Source of the DNA: an uncultured delta proteobacterium
Lineage (GTDB): Bacteria; Desulfobacterota; Desulfobaccia; Desulfobaccales; 0-14-0-80-60-11
Direction of reading: 5' to 3'
NCBI GenBank assembly: GCA_963812015.1
Contig: CAWETI010000002.1
Span: 128,001-192,000, forward strand
DNA: 64,000 bases
The position numbers and the translations under genes are program-made. Position 1 is the first letter of the stretch; every line of letters starts with the position of its first letter. Shown here one piece after another: positions 21,493 to 30,801 of the stretch. The notes beneath the pieces were generated by a model, which searched no databases, was not told where the DNA came from, and was given only the letters and a program-made list of their open reading frames with translations.

Positions 21493-22224
21493 ATGCCGAA
21501 AAAAGCTGTCATCCGAGGTCTCCTGGCACTGGTTCTGGTGTTCGCCTTTAGCGGTTGCAGCACCGTCAAGGGCTGGTTCGGCAAAAAAGATACAACCGAT
21601 AAGCCCCCGGATGTGTTGGCGGAGGAAGGCATCAAGGATTTGAAGAAGGAGAAATATGTCGATGCCATCGAGACCTTCGAAAAAATCCGGGACCGCTACC
21701 CTTACAGTGAGCAGGCTCTTCTGGCCCAGCTCAAGGTAGCCGACGCCTATTTTTATAAAAAGAAGTACGATGAAGCCTTCAACGCCTACCGGGAATTCGA
21801 AAAACTTCATCCCACCAACAAGGCCGTACCTTACTGTATCTATCGGGAAGGCCTGTCGTGCTATCGCCAGCGCACCACCATTGACCGGGATCAGACCTAT
21901 ACCCAGAAGGCCATAGATGAATTTAAGCGCCTTAAGCAGAAATTTCCGGACAGCGAATACATCCCCAAGGCGGAACAATATCTGTCCCGTTGTCGCATGG
22001 ATCTGGTGGAACACGAATTCTATGTGGCCGAGTTTTACTATAAGACCAAGCGCTACCAGGCCGCCCTTGACCGCTATCAAGCCATTACGCAGGATTATCC
22101 CGATTTCGCCAAGAATGCCGAAGCCAAGGAGCGCATCGGGGAGTGCCAGGAACTCCTGGCCGCCAAGGACAAGCCCAAAGGTATCCTCTCCAAAGTTACC
22201 AGCATTTTCGACGCCAAGTGGTAA
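21493..22224 (+). CDS. bamD: Outer membrane protein assembly factor BamD (lipoprotein, TPR)
   Basis: Lipobox FSGC; RDRYPYSE..A.LKVADAYF; DRDQTYT..A; HEFYVAEFY. Confidence 0.9.
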   Translation: MPKKAVIRGLLALVLVFAFSGCSTVKGWFGKKDTTDKPPDVLAEEGIKDLKKEKYVDAIETFEKIRDRYPYSEQALLAQLKVADAYFYKKKYDEAFNAYREFEKLHPTNKAVPYCIYREGLSCYRQRTTIDRDQTYTQKAIDEFKRLKQKFPDSEYIPKAEQYLSRCRMDLVEHEFYVAEFYYKTKRYQAALDRYQAITQDYPDFAKNAEAKERIGECQELLAAKDKPKGILSKVTSIFDAKW

Positions 22225-22309
22225 CGGCTGCCCAGGGGGCCGGAGCAGTTCCGGCCCTGCCGGCCCGTCCCCGCCTCACCCCTCGTCTCATCCCGGTCGA
22301 GCCGCGCCA

Positions 22310-22711
22310 CCTCCCCTCGCCTCCCGGAAAGGATTCTTCCGCCTCTCCCCGGAGGATCAGGTCCACCTCGGGAACCTCCCGGAGCAGCAGGCGATCAAAG
22401 AGGGTGGCATGGAGGCCGCCCAAAACCGTCGTCAGGCTTGGACGCGCCTGTTTCACTAGCCTGAGAAGTTTGAGGCCCCGGTTAATATTGGCGCTCATCA
22501 CTGATATCCCAAAAATATCCGGTTCAAGGGCGAGGACCCGGGCCGCGGCCTCCTGGGCGTACCGTCCTTCCACGCAGGCATCCACGATCTTGATCTCCAC
22601 CCCGAGCTTTTCCCTGGCGGCCATGGCGATATAAAAGAGACCGAGGGGCGGAGGCGTTCCTGGTCCCAGCACCTCCACCTCCAACGGGGGAGAGGCTAAC
22701 ACGATTTTCAT
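22310..22711 (-). pseudogene. Truncated B12-binding-domain radical SAM protein (N-terminal domain only)
   Basis: PPLGLFYIA..IVDA..PDIFGIS..TVLGGLHAT..VDLILRGEAEESF, then similarity ends; no CxxxCxxC; ORF runs into the 3' end of bamD. Confidence 0.7.
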
Positions 22712-22986
22712 GCACCCCACCTTTGCCGCCATGCTTCGTCCCTAGTAACCCGGGATAATCCGGCAACCGCCGCGGCCCGTATCGGGGGAAGGGGGTGGTT
22801 TAACAGGGGGGAATCTAGGCGATCAGGCTTTTGGCCTCGAGGAGAGGCCGGGGGCCCATCAGGTGGCGGGTGAACCAGCCCGCATAATCCTCCGCCCCCA
22901 GGGTCGAGGTCTGGCGTTGCGATCCAAGAGAGAGGTTTTGTGGCCGCAGACTTCAGCCTGGGCCGCTTGTTTGCCGGGGACTTATG

Positions 22987-23748
22987 TTAACCCCACTTCA
23001 GGGCCTTAAGATCATTCAGATTGCGGTAATCGGTGAGGTCGTGGTGGAGGGGGGTGACGGAGACATAGCCCTGGGCCAGGGCCCCGTAGTCCGTGTCCGG
23101 GTCCAGGGCCGGGCGGGCGTTGATTTCCGCCAGCCAGTAATAGACATGCCGTCGGGGGTCCACCCGGTGCTCGAAGTGCTCCACCAAGGGCCCGGTGTCC
23201 TGGCGGGTGACCCTGACCCCCTGTACCTCTCCCCGGGGCAGGTCCGGCAGGTTGATATTGAGGCAGACCCCGTTGGTCCAGGCGGCCCAGCCTCTGAGCT
23301 GTTCCAGCAGTTCCCGGGCCAGGCGGGCGGCGGCGGCGAAGTCGGCGTTTTTGTCATAGGAGTTCAGGGAAAAGGCCACCCCCTTTACTCCCAGGATGGC
23401 GGCCTCGGTGGCCGCCGAGACGGTCCCGGAGTAGAGCACGTTGATGCCCACGTTGGGTCCCAGGTTGATGCCCGAGACCACCAACTCCGGCGGGTTGGGA
23501 AGCAGCTCCGCCAGGGCGATCTTGACGCAGTCGGCGGGGGTACCGCTCACCGCCCAGCCTTCCACACCGCCATTGATGGACACCTCTTTCACCCTTAGCG
23601 GGGTGATCAGGCTGATGGCATGTCCCACCGCGCTCTGTTCGCTCTCCGGAGCCACCACCGTCACGTCCCCCAGGCGCTTCAATTCCCGGTAGATGGCCGC
23701 CAGCCCCGGGGCGTAAATGCCGTCATCATTGGTCAGCAGTATGGTCAA
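22987..23748 (-). CDS. surE: 5'/3'-nucleotidase SurE
   Basis: ILLTNDDGIYAPG, SGTPADCV, SGINLGPNVG..YSGTVSAA. Confidence 0.96.
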   Translation of the reverse strand: MTILLTNDDGIYAPGLAAIYRELKRLGDVTVVAPESEQSAVGHAISLITPLRVKEVSINGGVEGWAVSGTPADCVKIALAELLPNPPELVVSGINLGPNVGINVLYSGTVSAATEAAILGVKGVAFSLNSYDKNADFAAAARLARELLEQLRGWAAWTNGVCLNINLPDLPRGEVQGVRVTRQDTGPLVEHFEHRVDPRRHVYYWLAEINARPALDPDTDYGALAQGYVSVTPLHHDLTDYRNLNDLKALKWG

Positions 23749-23763
23749 AGGATGCTCTCCCTA

Positions 23764-23789
23764 ATGGCAGAAATGGCAGAAATGGCAGA
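23764..23789. repeat. 9-bp tandem repeat (ATGGCAGAA) about 3 copies, upstream of surE
   Basis: ATGGCAGAAATGGCAGAAATGGCAGA. Confidence 0.7.
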
Positions 23790-23948
23790 TCGTTTGCAAA
23801 GAAACATTTCCCATCGGTTGCAGGCGCCGGCTCACGATAAGGGCGGACACGCAAGTCTGCCCCAACGATTATTTCTTTGAAAGGAGCCCGAGACTTCTTG
23901 AAAATGATGGGCAAGATGAACGGTGGCAGGCGCCAGGGCCTGCCATAA

Positions 23949-25334
23949 TCACTCCTGCTTACCCTTGGCACTCTCACCCTTCTCCGGGGCTGCCCCGGTT
24001 TTCCCGGTAGACGCGGTCAGCCGGTGCATTTCTTCCTGCCACTGGCGGAATGGCGCTTGGGGTATCTGGGTCATCACGGTTTTATCCCCCACCCGGGTGA
24101 GGACCGTGAGACGGTCTTTCCCCGGGACCCCCAACTCCTCCAGGTGGAAGAGGGGTTTGCCGGCCTGGTCCATAAGTTCCAGGACAAAGGCCGGGGGACC
24201 TTTCGGGGCGCCACCCGGGGGCGGGATCTTATCTGCTTCCAGCTTCTGGAAATTCCATAAGGCCATCTCCAGCCGCAACGCGGGCTGCTGGGTGGCTGCC
24301 TGGTCCGGCCCGGTCATCTTCCAGGTATTCTGGTCTTTCCGAGCGGTCCAGGCCTTGCCGGGAGGGCCCCAGACGACCTGGCGGACGGCGAGAATGTCCC
24401 CGGACCACAGGCGGCGGTCCGCCAAAGACGCCAGGGTTTGGTCGATCTCAGCGGGCAGGGCCGCATCCACCAGCGCCACGGGGCCTTCGGCCCCTCTCCG
24501 GGCGTACACCGCGTCGTCTTTTTTGGCCCCCAGGAAGAGGGTCTGGTCTCCGGCCGGCGTTATTACCGTAATTTCGATCTGGCGACCCGGGACCAGGCCC
24601 AGTGCCTCCAGATTGGGAGAGGGGGCTTCCAGAAAGTTTTTGGCCCGGGCAATATGGATGTCCCGCAGGAGTTTTTCCACCCGGTCGCCCCGTACCCGGA
24701 AGTCCGGGTGTCCCACCCAGCTCCAACCCTGGGGGCCGGTTTTCGCCAGGTCCACCGTAGTCTTGCCGCGCTTGATCTTGAGACCCTTGACTTCATCCGA
24801 GAGGAAGGCCAGCAGGGTCTTGTCCCGGAGGGCCAGGAGTTGGCGGTCCAGGGAATCCCCGCTCCCCGTCGTGATCATGAGCAGCTGGGGGTCCCGGTCC
24901 TTGAGGACGTAATAGCTCTGGCCTCCCGGGACCTTGGCGCCGATGGCCAACTGGTGCGGCTGCCCCTGGGCCGTGAATTTCACCAACAGGCCGGGCGAAT
25001 CCAGGCCAAAAGGCTTAAGATCCTTTTCCACGCCGATCTCCCGCTCCTTCCGGAGCCGGGCCAGGGTGGTCAGCATGGAGTCCACGGTAGTCTGGTCGGC
25101 CCTGGTGCTCAGGGGGGCGGCGAGGTACCATTCCTGATTCTTTTTGACCAGGCGCACCTCGTTTTTCCCCCGGACCAGGCTCAGGTCGCTGACGTCGCTT
25201 TCCTTGAGGTGAAAGACTTTTGTGGCCTGTTCTTCCCGGGCGACCTGCTTTTCCTGGCGCCACCGGAGACCGCCATAGGTTCCTACCAGGATGAGGAAAA
25301 TCAACACATAAGGGATCAGCCGCCGGGGAGTCAT
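23949..25334 (-). CDS. DUF4340 domain-containing protein
   Basis: N-terminal TM anchor, repeated DLxxFGL..P / LRDKTLL modules; last gene of Gld-like ABC operon. Confidence 0.8.
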   Translation of the reverse strand: MTPRRLIPYVLIFLILVGTYGGLRWRQEKQVAREEQATKVFHLKESDVSDLSLVRGKNEVRLVKKNQEWYLAAPLSTRADQTTVDSMLTTLARLRKEREIGVEKDLKPFGLDSPGLLVKFTAQGQPHQLAIGAKVPGGQSYYVLKDRDPQLLMITTGSGDSLDRQLLALRDKTLLAFLSDEVKGLKIKRGKTTVDLAKTGPQGWSWVGHPDFRVRGDRVEKLLRDIHIARAKNFLEAPSPNLEALGLVPGRQIEITVITPAGDQTLFLGAKKDDAVYARRGAEGPVALVDAALPAEIDQTLASLADRRLWSGDILAVRQVVWGPPGKAWTARKDQNTWKMTGPDQAATQQPALRLEMALWNFQKLEADKIPPPGGAPKGPPAFVLELMDQAGKPLFHLEELGVPGKDRLTVLTRVGDKTVMTQIPQAPFRQWQEEMHRLTASTGKTGAAPEKGESAKGKQE

Positions 25335-26773
25335 CGCCGGGCCCTCCGGCGCCGGTAAGCCCAGATGCCGGCGATGAGCATCACCAGGGGGGCCCAAACC
25401 AGGCTACCTATAAACAACATCCAGGCCTGCCCGCCCTTAAGGGTCAAGATCTGGGCCTGGCCGGGGCTCCGCACCGTAATCTGCTCCATGGCCCGGGCCA
25501 GGAAGTTCGTGGTATTCAAAAACAGGTCCCCGTTCCCAAACAGGTTGAAAAAGCTGTTGGCCGCGAAGTCCGCATCCCCGAAGACCACCAGGTAGGTTTT
25601 GCTCTCGGCTTGGGGGGCTTTGGGCTGGTTACCGGCCTGACCCTGGTCCCCCTTCCGGGCCGGCTCGCCCTTGGGGGGCGTCAGTTTGATTTCAGCCTGG
25701 GCGGCCACGGTGAAGGGGCCCTTCTTATCGGTCTTGTCATCGAAGGAGGCTTTGTCGGCCTTGATCCACTCCTTCCCCAGCTTCTCGTAGCTGGTGGACA
25801 TGGTGGTGGCCAGGGCCTGCAGGGAGACCTCCGGCTGGTCCTTGGCCAAGATCAGGGGCCGGGCCATGGGAAAAATGGTGACGATGTTCTTGAAATTCTC
25901 GGTAATCTTGGAGGGACCGTAGTCGGAAACCAGGGGCATGACCGCGCTGAGGCGCATGGCCTGGCTCACCTGGTTGACGTCCAGGATGATGCCGTCGTCC
26001 AGGACCACGCCGTAGCCCGCCAGGAATCCTTGGAGGCCGGCATTCTCAAAGGCCTCCAGCATCACCAGGAGACGCCCGCCCTTTTCCAGGTAGGCCTTCA
26101 GGCTCTGCACCTCGGTGGACAGTAGCGGCTTTTTGGGGGCAGCCAGGATAACCACCGCAGCATCCTGGGGGACCGCCCCCTGGCTCACCAGGTTGAGGGG
26201 CTCGATTTCGTAGCCTTCGTTGTCCAGGGCTCGTTTGGCCACCTGGAACCCCCCGGGCTTGGGGTCATTCAGGTCCCGCTCGCCGTGGCCGCCGAGAAAA
26301 TAGACCTTCTGGCGTTCCACCTTCAGGACCTTGCGCAGGGCATTGGTGATGGCGTTCTCGTCGGCCTGATCGGCCATCTGGTGCCGCCCCTGGTAGTCCA
26401 GCAGCACGTTGCCGGGAAAGCGGTACCCCGCCTGTTGGGCCTTAAGAGGTTCCCGCTCGGGGTCCACGAAGCGGTAGCTGACCTCCGGGTGGCGATAGAC
26501 GTAGAGCTGCAAGACCTCTTGGGCGGAATGGCGCTCCCCGGCGCCCTCGGGCAGAAATACCGTCATGGTGAGAGGCTTGGTGACCTCTTTCAGCAGGGCC
26601 TTGCTGGCCGGCGACAACGACTGGGTCTGTCCCCGGGTGGTGTCCCAGCGCATCGGGCGCCAGGTCACCAGCAAGGACGCCAGCAAGAGGATCCCTACCA
26701 CCAGCAGCACCGACAGCACGGAGCCGGCGCCATAAAGCACGTTGCGTCTTTGGAATCGATCTCGCCAACTCAC
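25331..26773 (-). CDS. GldG-family ABC-type uncharacterized transport auxiliary protein
   Basis: RWDTT..SLS..S, VYFLGGHGE, YLEKGGRLLV, VVFGDADF..N..GNGDLFLN, C-terminal TM. Confidence 0.85.
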   Translation of the reverse strand: MSWRDRFQRRNVLYGAGSVLSVLLVVGILLLASLLVTWRPMRWDTTRGQTQSLSPASKALLKEVTKPLTMTVFLPEGAGERHSAQEVLQLYVYRHPEVSYRFVDPEREPLKAQQAGYRFPGNVLLDYQGRHQMADQADENAITNALRKVLKVERQKVYFLGGHGERDLNDPKPGGFQVAKRALDNEGYEIEPLNLVSQGAVPQDAAVVILAAPKKPLLSTEVQSLKAYLEKGGRLLVMLEAFENAGLQGFLAGYGVVLDDGIILDVNQVSQAMRLSAVMPLVSDYGPSKITENFKNIVTIFPMARPLILAKDQPEVSLQALATTMSTSYEKLGKEWIKADKASFDDKTDKKGPFTVAAQAEIKLTPPKGEPARKGDQGQAGNQPKAPQAESKTYLVVFGDADFAANSFFNLFGNGDLFLNTTNFLARAMEQITVRSPGQAQILTLKGGQAWMLFIGSLVWAPLVMLIAGIWAYRRRRARR

Positions 26774-26775
26774 GG

Positions 26776-27564
26776 TTAAGCTCTCCAGCGCCGGGATTCC
26801 AACTGTCTCTTGGTGAGAAAGAGGAAGAAATAGATGAAACCCAGACAGTACACCAGGTCACGGGTATCAATTACCCCTTTGGTGAAGTTTTCGAAGTGGT
26901 CCAACAGGGACAGAGACTGGAGTATCCGGCCCAGGTCGCCGGTTCCCAGTTCCTGGACCCAGCCGATGATCCAGAAAAAGAGCAGCAAAGCAAAGGCCAC
27001 CACCCCGGCCACGATCTGATTTTCAGTGAGGCTGGAGGCGAAGAGCCCCAGGGAGAGGCAGGCGGCCCCCAACAGGACCAGACCCAGGTAGCCGGTCCCC
27101 AGGGCCCCCCAATCCAGCCGGGTGACGAGGCCCAAGACCAGGGGGTAGCTCACCGTAAAGCCCAGCAAGATGAGATAGACCAGCAAGGCGGCGCCAAACT
27201 TTCCCGAGATCACCGCCCAGTCGGTCAACGGGTAGGTGAACAACAGCTCCGCAGTCCCGGAACGCTTCTCTTCGGCCAACAGGCGCATGGTAATAAACGG
27301 CACCAGAAACAGCAGGACGAGGCCCAGAACCGCAAACAGGGGCCGAAAGACCATCTGCAGGGGATTGAGCTGGGCGGCCACCTGGGGGTTCCCGGCTTGC
27401 TGGGCCGCCTGGAGGCTGATAATGCTGTAATAGATGGCATTGGTGTAGAAGAAATATCCCGCCAGGAGCAGGAAGAAAAACCCCGTGATATAAAAAATGG
27501 GGGTGCCGAAGTAGATGGTCAATTCTTTCCGCACCACCGCCAGCCAACCTCTGATCTGTATCAT
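26776..27564 (-). CDS. GldF-like ABC-2 permease
   Basis: RKELTIYFGTP, PFITMRLLAEEKRSGTAELLFTYP, SSLTENQIVA. Confidence 0.88.
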   Translation of the reverse strand: MIQIRGWLAVVRKELTIYFGTPIFYITGFFFLLLAGYFFYTNAIYYSIISLQAAQQAGNPQVAAQLNPLQMVFRPLFAVLGLVLLFLVPFITMRLLAEEKRSGTAELLFTYPLTDWAVISGKFGAALLVYLILLGFTVSYPLVLGLVTRLDWGALGTGYLGLVLLGAACLSLGLFASSLTENQIVAGVVAFALLLFFWIIGWVQELGTGDLGRILQSLSLLDHFENFTKGVIDTRDLVYCLGFIYFFLFLTKRQLESRRWRA

Positions 27565-28496
27565 GACTCTTCTTCCGTTACCAGATTGAGGAACACTTCT
27601 TCCAGGGTGAATTCCTGGGCCTTCAATTCCAGGAGCTGCCACCCCCGCTCCACCACTAGCCGGGCCAGCTCCGAGCGCAGTTCCTTGCCGCTGTCGGCCT
27701 CCACCAGGTATTTCTCCTCCCCCCGGCTGAGGACCTGGTTCACCCCGGCGACGGCCTGCAAGGCGGCTGCCACCTGATCAACCGGTCCGGACACCGTCAT
27801 CAGCACCCGGGACCCATGGCCGAGCTGCCGGGAGAGGTTTTCCGGGGTGTCGCTGGCCACAATCTGGCCCCGGTTGATGATGATCACCCGGTGGCACAAC
27901 TGGCTCACCTCCGGCAGGATGTGGCTGCTCAGGATCACTGTGTGGGCCCCCTCCAGGTTCTTGATCAACTCGCGGATTTCCACGATCTGGGAGGGGTCCA
28001 GCCCGATGGTGGGCTCATCCAGGATGAGCAGCGGCGGCTGGTTCAGCAGGGCCTGGGACAAACCCAGCCGCTGCCGGTAACCCTTGGACAGGGCCGACAC
28101 CATTTTGCCCCGGACCTCTTCTAGGCCGCAGGCCGCCGCCACCCGGTCAACCTCGCCTTTTTCGGCTTTGGACTCCACACCCTTGGCCCGGGCGGCGAAC
28201 CGCAGGAACTGGGTTACGGTGAGGTCCGGGTAAATGGCCACGTTCTCCGGCACGTATCCCAGGGAGCGCCGCACCGGCAGGGAGTCGGTGACGCAGTCGT
28301 AGCCGTTGATCCGGGCCGTGCCCGCCGACGGCGCCAGATACCCCGCCAGGATCTTTAAGGTGGTGGTCTTCCCGGCGCCGTTGGGACCCAGGAAGCCCAC
28401 GATCTCCCCGGCCGCCACCTGGAAATCCAGGCGGCTGACGGCCAGGTTGGGACCATAATACTTGGTCAAGTCCTTCACTTCGATCATTATTTCCAT
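27561..28496 (-). CDS. GldA-like ABC ATP-binding protein
   Basis: GPNGAGKTT, LSKGYRQR, LDEPTIGLDP, LSSHIL. Confidence 0.92.
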   Translation of the reverse strand: MEIMIEVKDLTKYYGPNLAVSRLDFQVAAGEIVGFLGPNGAGKTTTLKILAGYLAPSAGTARINGYDCVTDSLPVRRSLGYVPENVAIYPDLTVTQFLRFAARAKGVESKAEKGEVDRVAAACGLEEVRGKMVSALSKGYRQRLGLSQALLNQPPLLILDEPTIGLDPSQIVEIRELIKNLEGAHTVILSSHILPEVSQLCHRVIIINRGQIVASDTPENLSRQLGHGSRVLMTVSGPVDQVAAALQAVAGVNQVLSRGEEKYLVEADSGKELRSELARLVVERGWQLLELKAQEFTLEEVFLNLVTEEES

Positions 28497-28727
28497 GTTT
28501 CAATCCATCCAATGTCCCTGGCTGACGCGTTATCCCAAGATGCTCTTGAAAAGTAGCCCAGGTGTTGCCGTAAAAACCAAAATCCCCCTCAATCCCCTTT
28601 TAAGGCAGGGGGACTTAAAACATCGGCATTGAGATCATGGCTCGCATTTTATCATATCATTGATGCATCACCGCGCTGGTTCAGCCTGCGACGGCACAGG
28701 CGAGACGTCCGTGCCGTTAAAGACGCA

Positions 28728-29666
28728 TTAGCCGCCCCCGGCCTTCCGGAAGGCCGCCACGGTCTGGGCCAGGCCCTCGGACAGGCTGATGCGGGGCTGC
28801 CAGCCCAGCTCGCTTTGGGCCCGGGAGCTGTCCAGGACGCTCCGGCGCTGCTCTCCGGGCTTGGCGGGGCCGTGCACCGGCCCCAGGGGAGAGCCCAGGA
28901 GTTCCTGGAGCTTCAGGTAAATGGTGAGGATATCGGTCTCTTGGCCGGTGCCGATATTAAAGGCCCCGGCTTTAGGGTAGGTAAGGGCCAACAGATTGGC
29001 GGCCACGATATCCCCCACAAAGACGAAATCCCGGGTTTGCAAACCGTCGCCGTTGATCCGGGGCTGCTCCCCGACCAGGAATTTTTCGATGAAGATGGCT
29101 ACCACCCCGGCTTCTCCCAGGCCGTTCTGGCGAGGCCCATAGACATTGGCATAGCGCAAGGCGATGGGGATAATGCCATGTTCCCGCTGATAGAAGTGGA
29201 GGTAGTGCTCCACCGCCAGCTTGGCAATGCCGTAGGGCGCCTCCGGCCGGGGCCGGTCTTCCTCCCGGGCCGGCAGCGGCGCATCATCCCCGTAAATAGC
29301 GCCGCCGGTGGAGGCGAAGATGATTTTCTCCACTCCCACCTGGGCCGCGGCCTGGAAGAGATTGAGAGATCCCAGGATGTTTTCCTGGGCGTCGAAGATG
29401 GGGTCCTGCACCGAGACCTGGACGCTCATCTGGGCGGCATGGTGCACGATAACCTGGGGCCGCCAGCGGCGGATGAGCTCAGCAGTCTCCCGGGACTTGA
29501 TGTCAAAAGGATAAAACTGGGCCGCGGCCGGCACATATTCCCGCTTGCCGAGGTTCAAATTGTCCACCACTACCACGTCGTGGCCGGTGGCGACCAGATG
29601 CTCCGCCACGTGGGAGGCGATGAAGCCGGCCCCGCCGGTGACCAGAATCCGTTTCGGTGCGGTCAT
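28728..29666 (-). CDS. NAD-dependent epimerase/dehydratase (UDP-glucose 4-epimerase-like)
   Basis: VTGGAGFIAS, STGGAIYG, YGIAK, RYANVYGPRQ. Confidence 0.9.
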   Translation of the reverse strand: MTAPKRILVTGGAGFIASHVAEHLVATGHDVVVVDNLNLGKREYVPAAAQFYPFDIKSRETAELIRRWRPQVIVHHAAQMSVQVSVQDPIFDAQENILGSLNLFQAAAQVGVEKIIFASTGGAIYGDDAPLPAREEDRPRPEAPYGIAKLAVEHYLHFYQREHGIIPIALRYANVYGPRQNGLGEAGVVAIFIEKFLVGEQPRINGDGLQTRDFVFVGDIVAANLLALTYPKAGAFNIGTGQETDILTIYLKLQELLGSPLGPVHGPAKPGEQRRSVLDSSRAQSELGWQPRISLSEGLAQTVAAFRKAGGG

Positions 29667-29748
29667 GGATTCCCCTTCCTTCAGCCTAATATAACATTTT
29701 AACTAATTTATCTTCCTTGATGCAATTGTTTCCCGACCCGGTACTGTC

Positions 29749-30567
29749 CTAATTTGCCAATTCCAAAAGCTCCGAGATGGTCCACAGACGGTTAGTTACC
29801 CCCGCTTCCATAGCTGGGGTAACTCGAAGTGAACTATGAACCCGGACAAAGTTATAATGAGCAAAGTGAAGGGCAACCGCCGCTTTGAGATTGTCCAGCT
29901 TCTTGCTAAAGGCATTGGTTAGCCTGGTGAAGCGACGCATCTGCATCCGCATGGTAAGGTTTTGCCGTTCCACGTATGAGGTTGAGATATTGGATTTCTT
30001 GGGATTGCCGAGAATAACCGTGCGCTCCGCACTAACCACGTGCGGAGGCGAATACCTACCAGCGCCCATCGGCTCCGCTTCGTATGTTTTTACCACTTGT
30101 CCGTAGTCTATCCCTGCCCCAAAAGTGTCCTCCACGGCATCGACATAGGCTTTAAGGCCATCACTGCTTAACTGGACCCGATTATCAAGCCTACCTGAAA
30201 GATCAGAAATGAAAGCATAGACATTATCAATTGTCCGTTTCCCCACTAAATAAGATGGTATCAATTTGCTTTCTGCGTCTAGGGCCACGAACACCCATTG
30301 GTCGCCGAAATCAGGATCATCGGTATCCTTAAGATGGCGCTGTTTCTTCCCGACAAAGCACCAGATTTCGTCAACCTGAACGGTCTGGCATTTCAGGTTC
30401 TTCATATAGGAGTCCATAAGGTTAGCGCAGCCTTGCCCCACTCGATATCCAAGGCGCATGATGGTATCGCGGTGAATCCCGGTCATGCGTTCGACTGAGC
30501 GGATTGAAGCACCTTCCACCAAGGCCGCTATCGCCGTTTCCTGTTTTTCTCGCCTTAAGACATTCAT
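29749..30567 (-). CDS. IS1-family DDE transposase (single ORF, HTH, no N-terminal zinc finger)
   Basis: EGASIRSVERMTGIHRDT HTH; VQVDEIWCFVGKK, SSDG, VERQNLTMR DDE motifs; stop codon lies inside the TIR. Confidence 0.92.
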   Translation of the reverse strand: MNVLRREKQETAIAALVEGASIRSVERMTGIHRDTIMRLGYRVGQGCANLMDSYMKNLKCQTVQVDEIWCFVGKKQRHLKDTDDPDFGDQWVFVALDAESKLIPSYLVGKRTIDNVYAFISDLSGRLDNRVQLSSDGLKAYVDAVEDTFGAGIDYGQVVKTYEAEPMGAGRYSPPHVVSAERTVILGNPKKSNISTSYVERQNLTMRMQMRRFTRLTNAFSKKLDNLKAAVALHFAHYNFVRVHSSLRVTPAMEAGVTNRLWTISELLELAN

Positions 30568-30581
30568 CTCGGAATTTCCTG

Positions 30582-30610
30582 TTGACTAATGGGTAAATAC
30601 TTGCTATCTT
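30582..30610 (+). promoter_or_regulatory. sigma70 promoter antisense to the transposase leader
   Basis: TTGACT-17 bp-TATCTT with TG extension, 15 nt from the transposase ATG and pointing away from it. Confidence 0.65.
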
Positions 30611-30619
30611 GAACGAAAG

Positions 30620-30687
30620 TGGAGCGCCGGGGAATCGAACCCCGCCCGGAATGGGTGTAAGGGCCTCCTGGGAACCAATCGCGCCCC
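30620..30687 (-). ncRNA. tRNA/tmRNA-like domain in the transposase leader
   Basis: GGGGCGC-GATTGGTT-CCCAGGA..TCCGGG-CGGGG TTCGATT CCCCG-GCGCTCC-A: 7-bp acceptor with G3.U70, A73, canonical T-arm, stemless D-region, no standard anticodon loop. Confidence 0.6.
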
Positions 30688-30801
30688 ACGAATCGCCACG
30701 GCCTCATAGCCTAATCGCTGCCAACGACTACCAGGGTATGGGGCCTTGCTTTTGCGGTCCCTGCCAGGGCGATTCAAGGCCGACAGGAACCAAGTCTCTT
30801 C

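Noticed and set aside
30620..30687. Bona fide tRNA-Ala or tmRNA gene
   Set aside because: No D-stem, no 7-nt anticodon loop and no room for a tag frame or pseudoknots; reported as a tRNA-like element only
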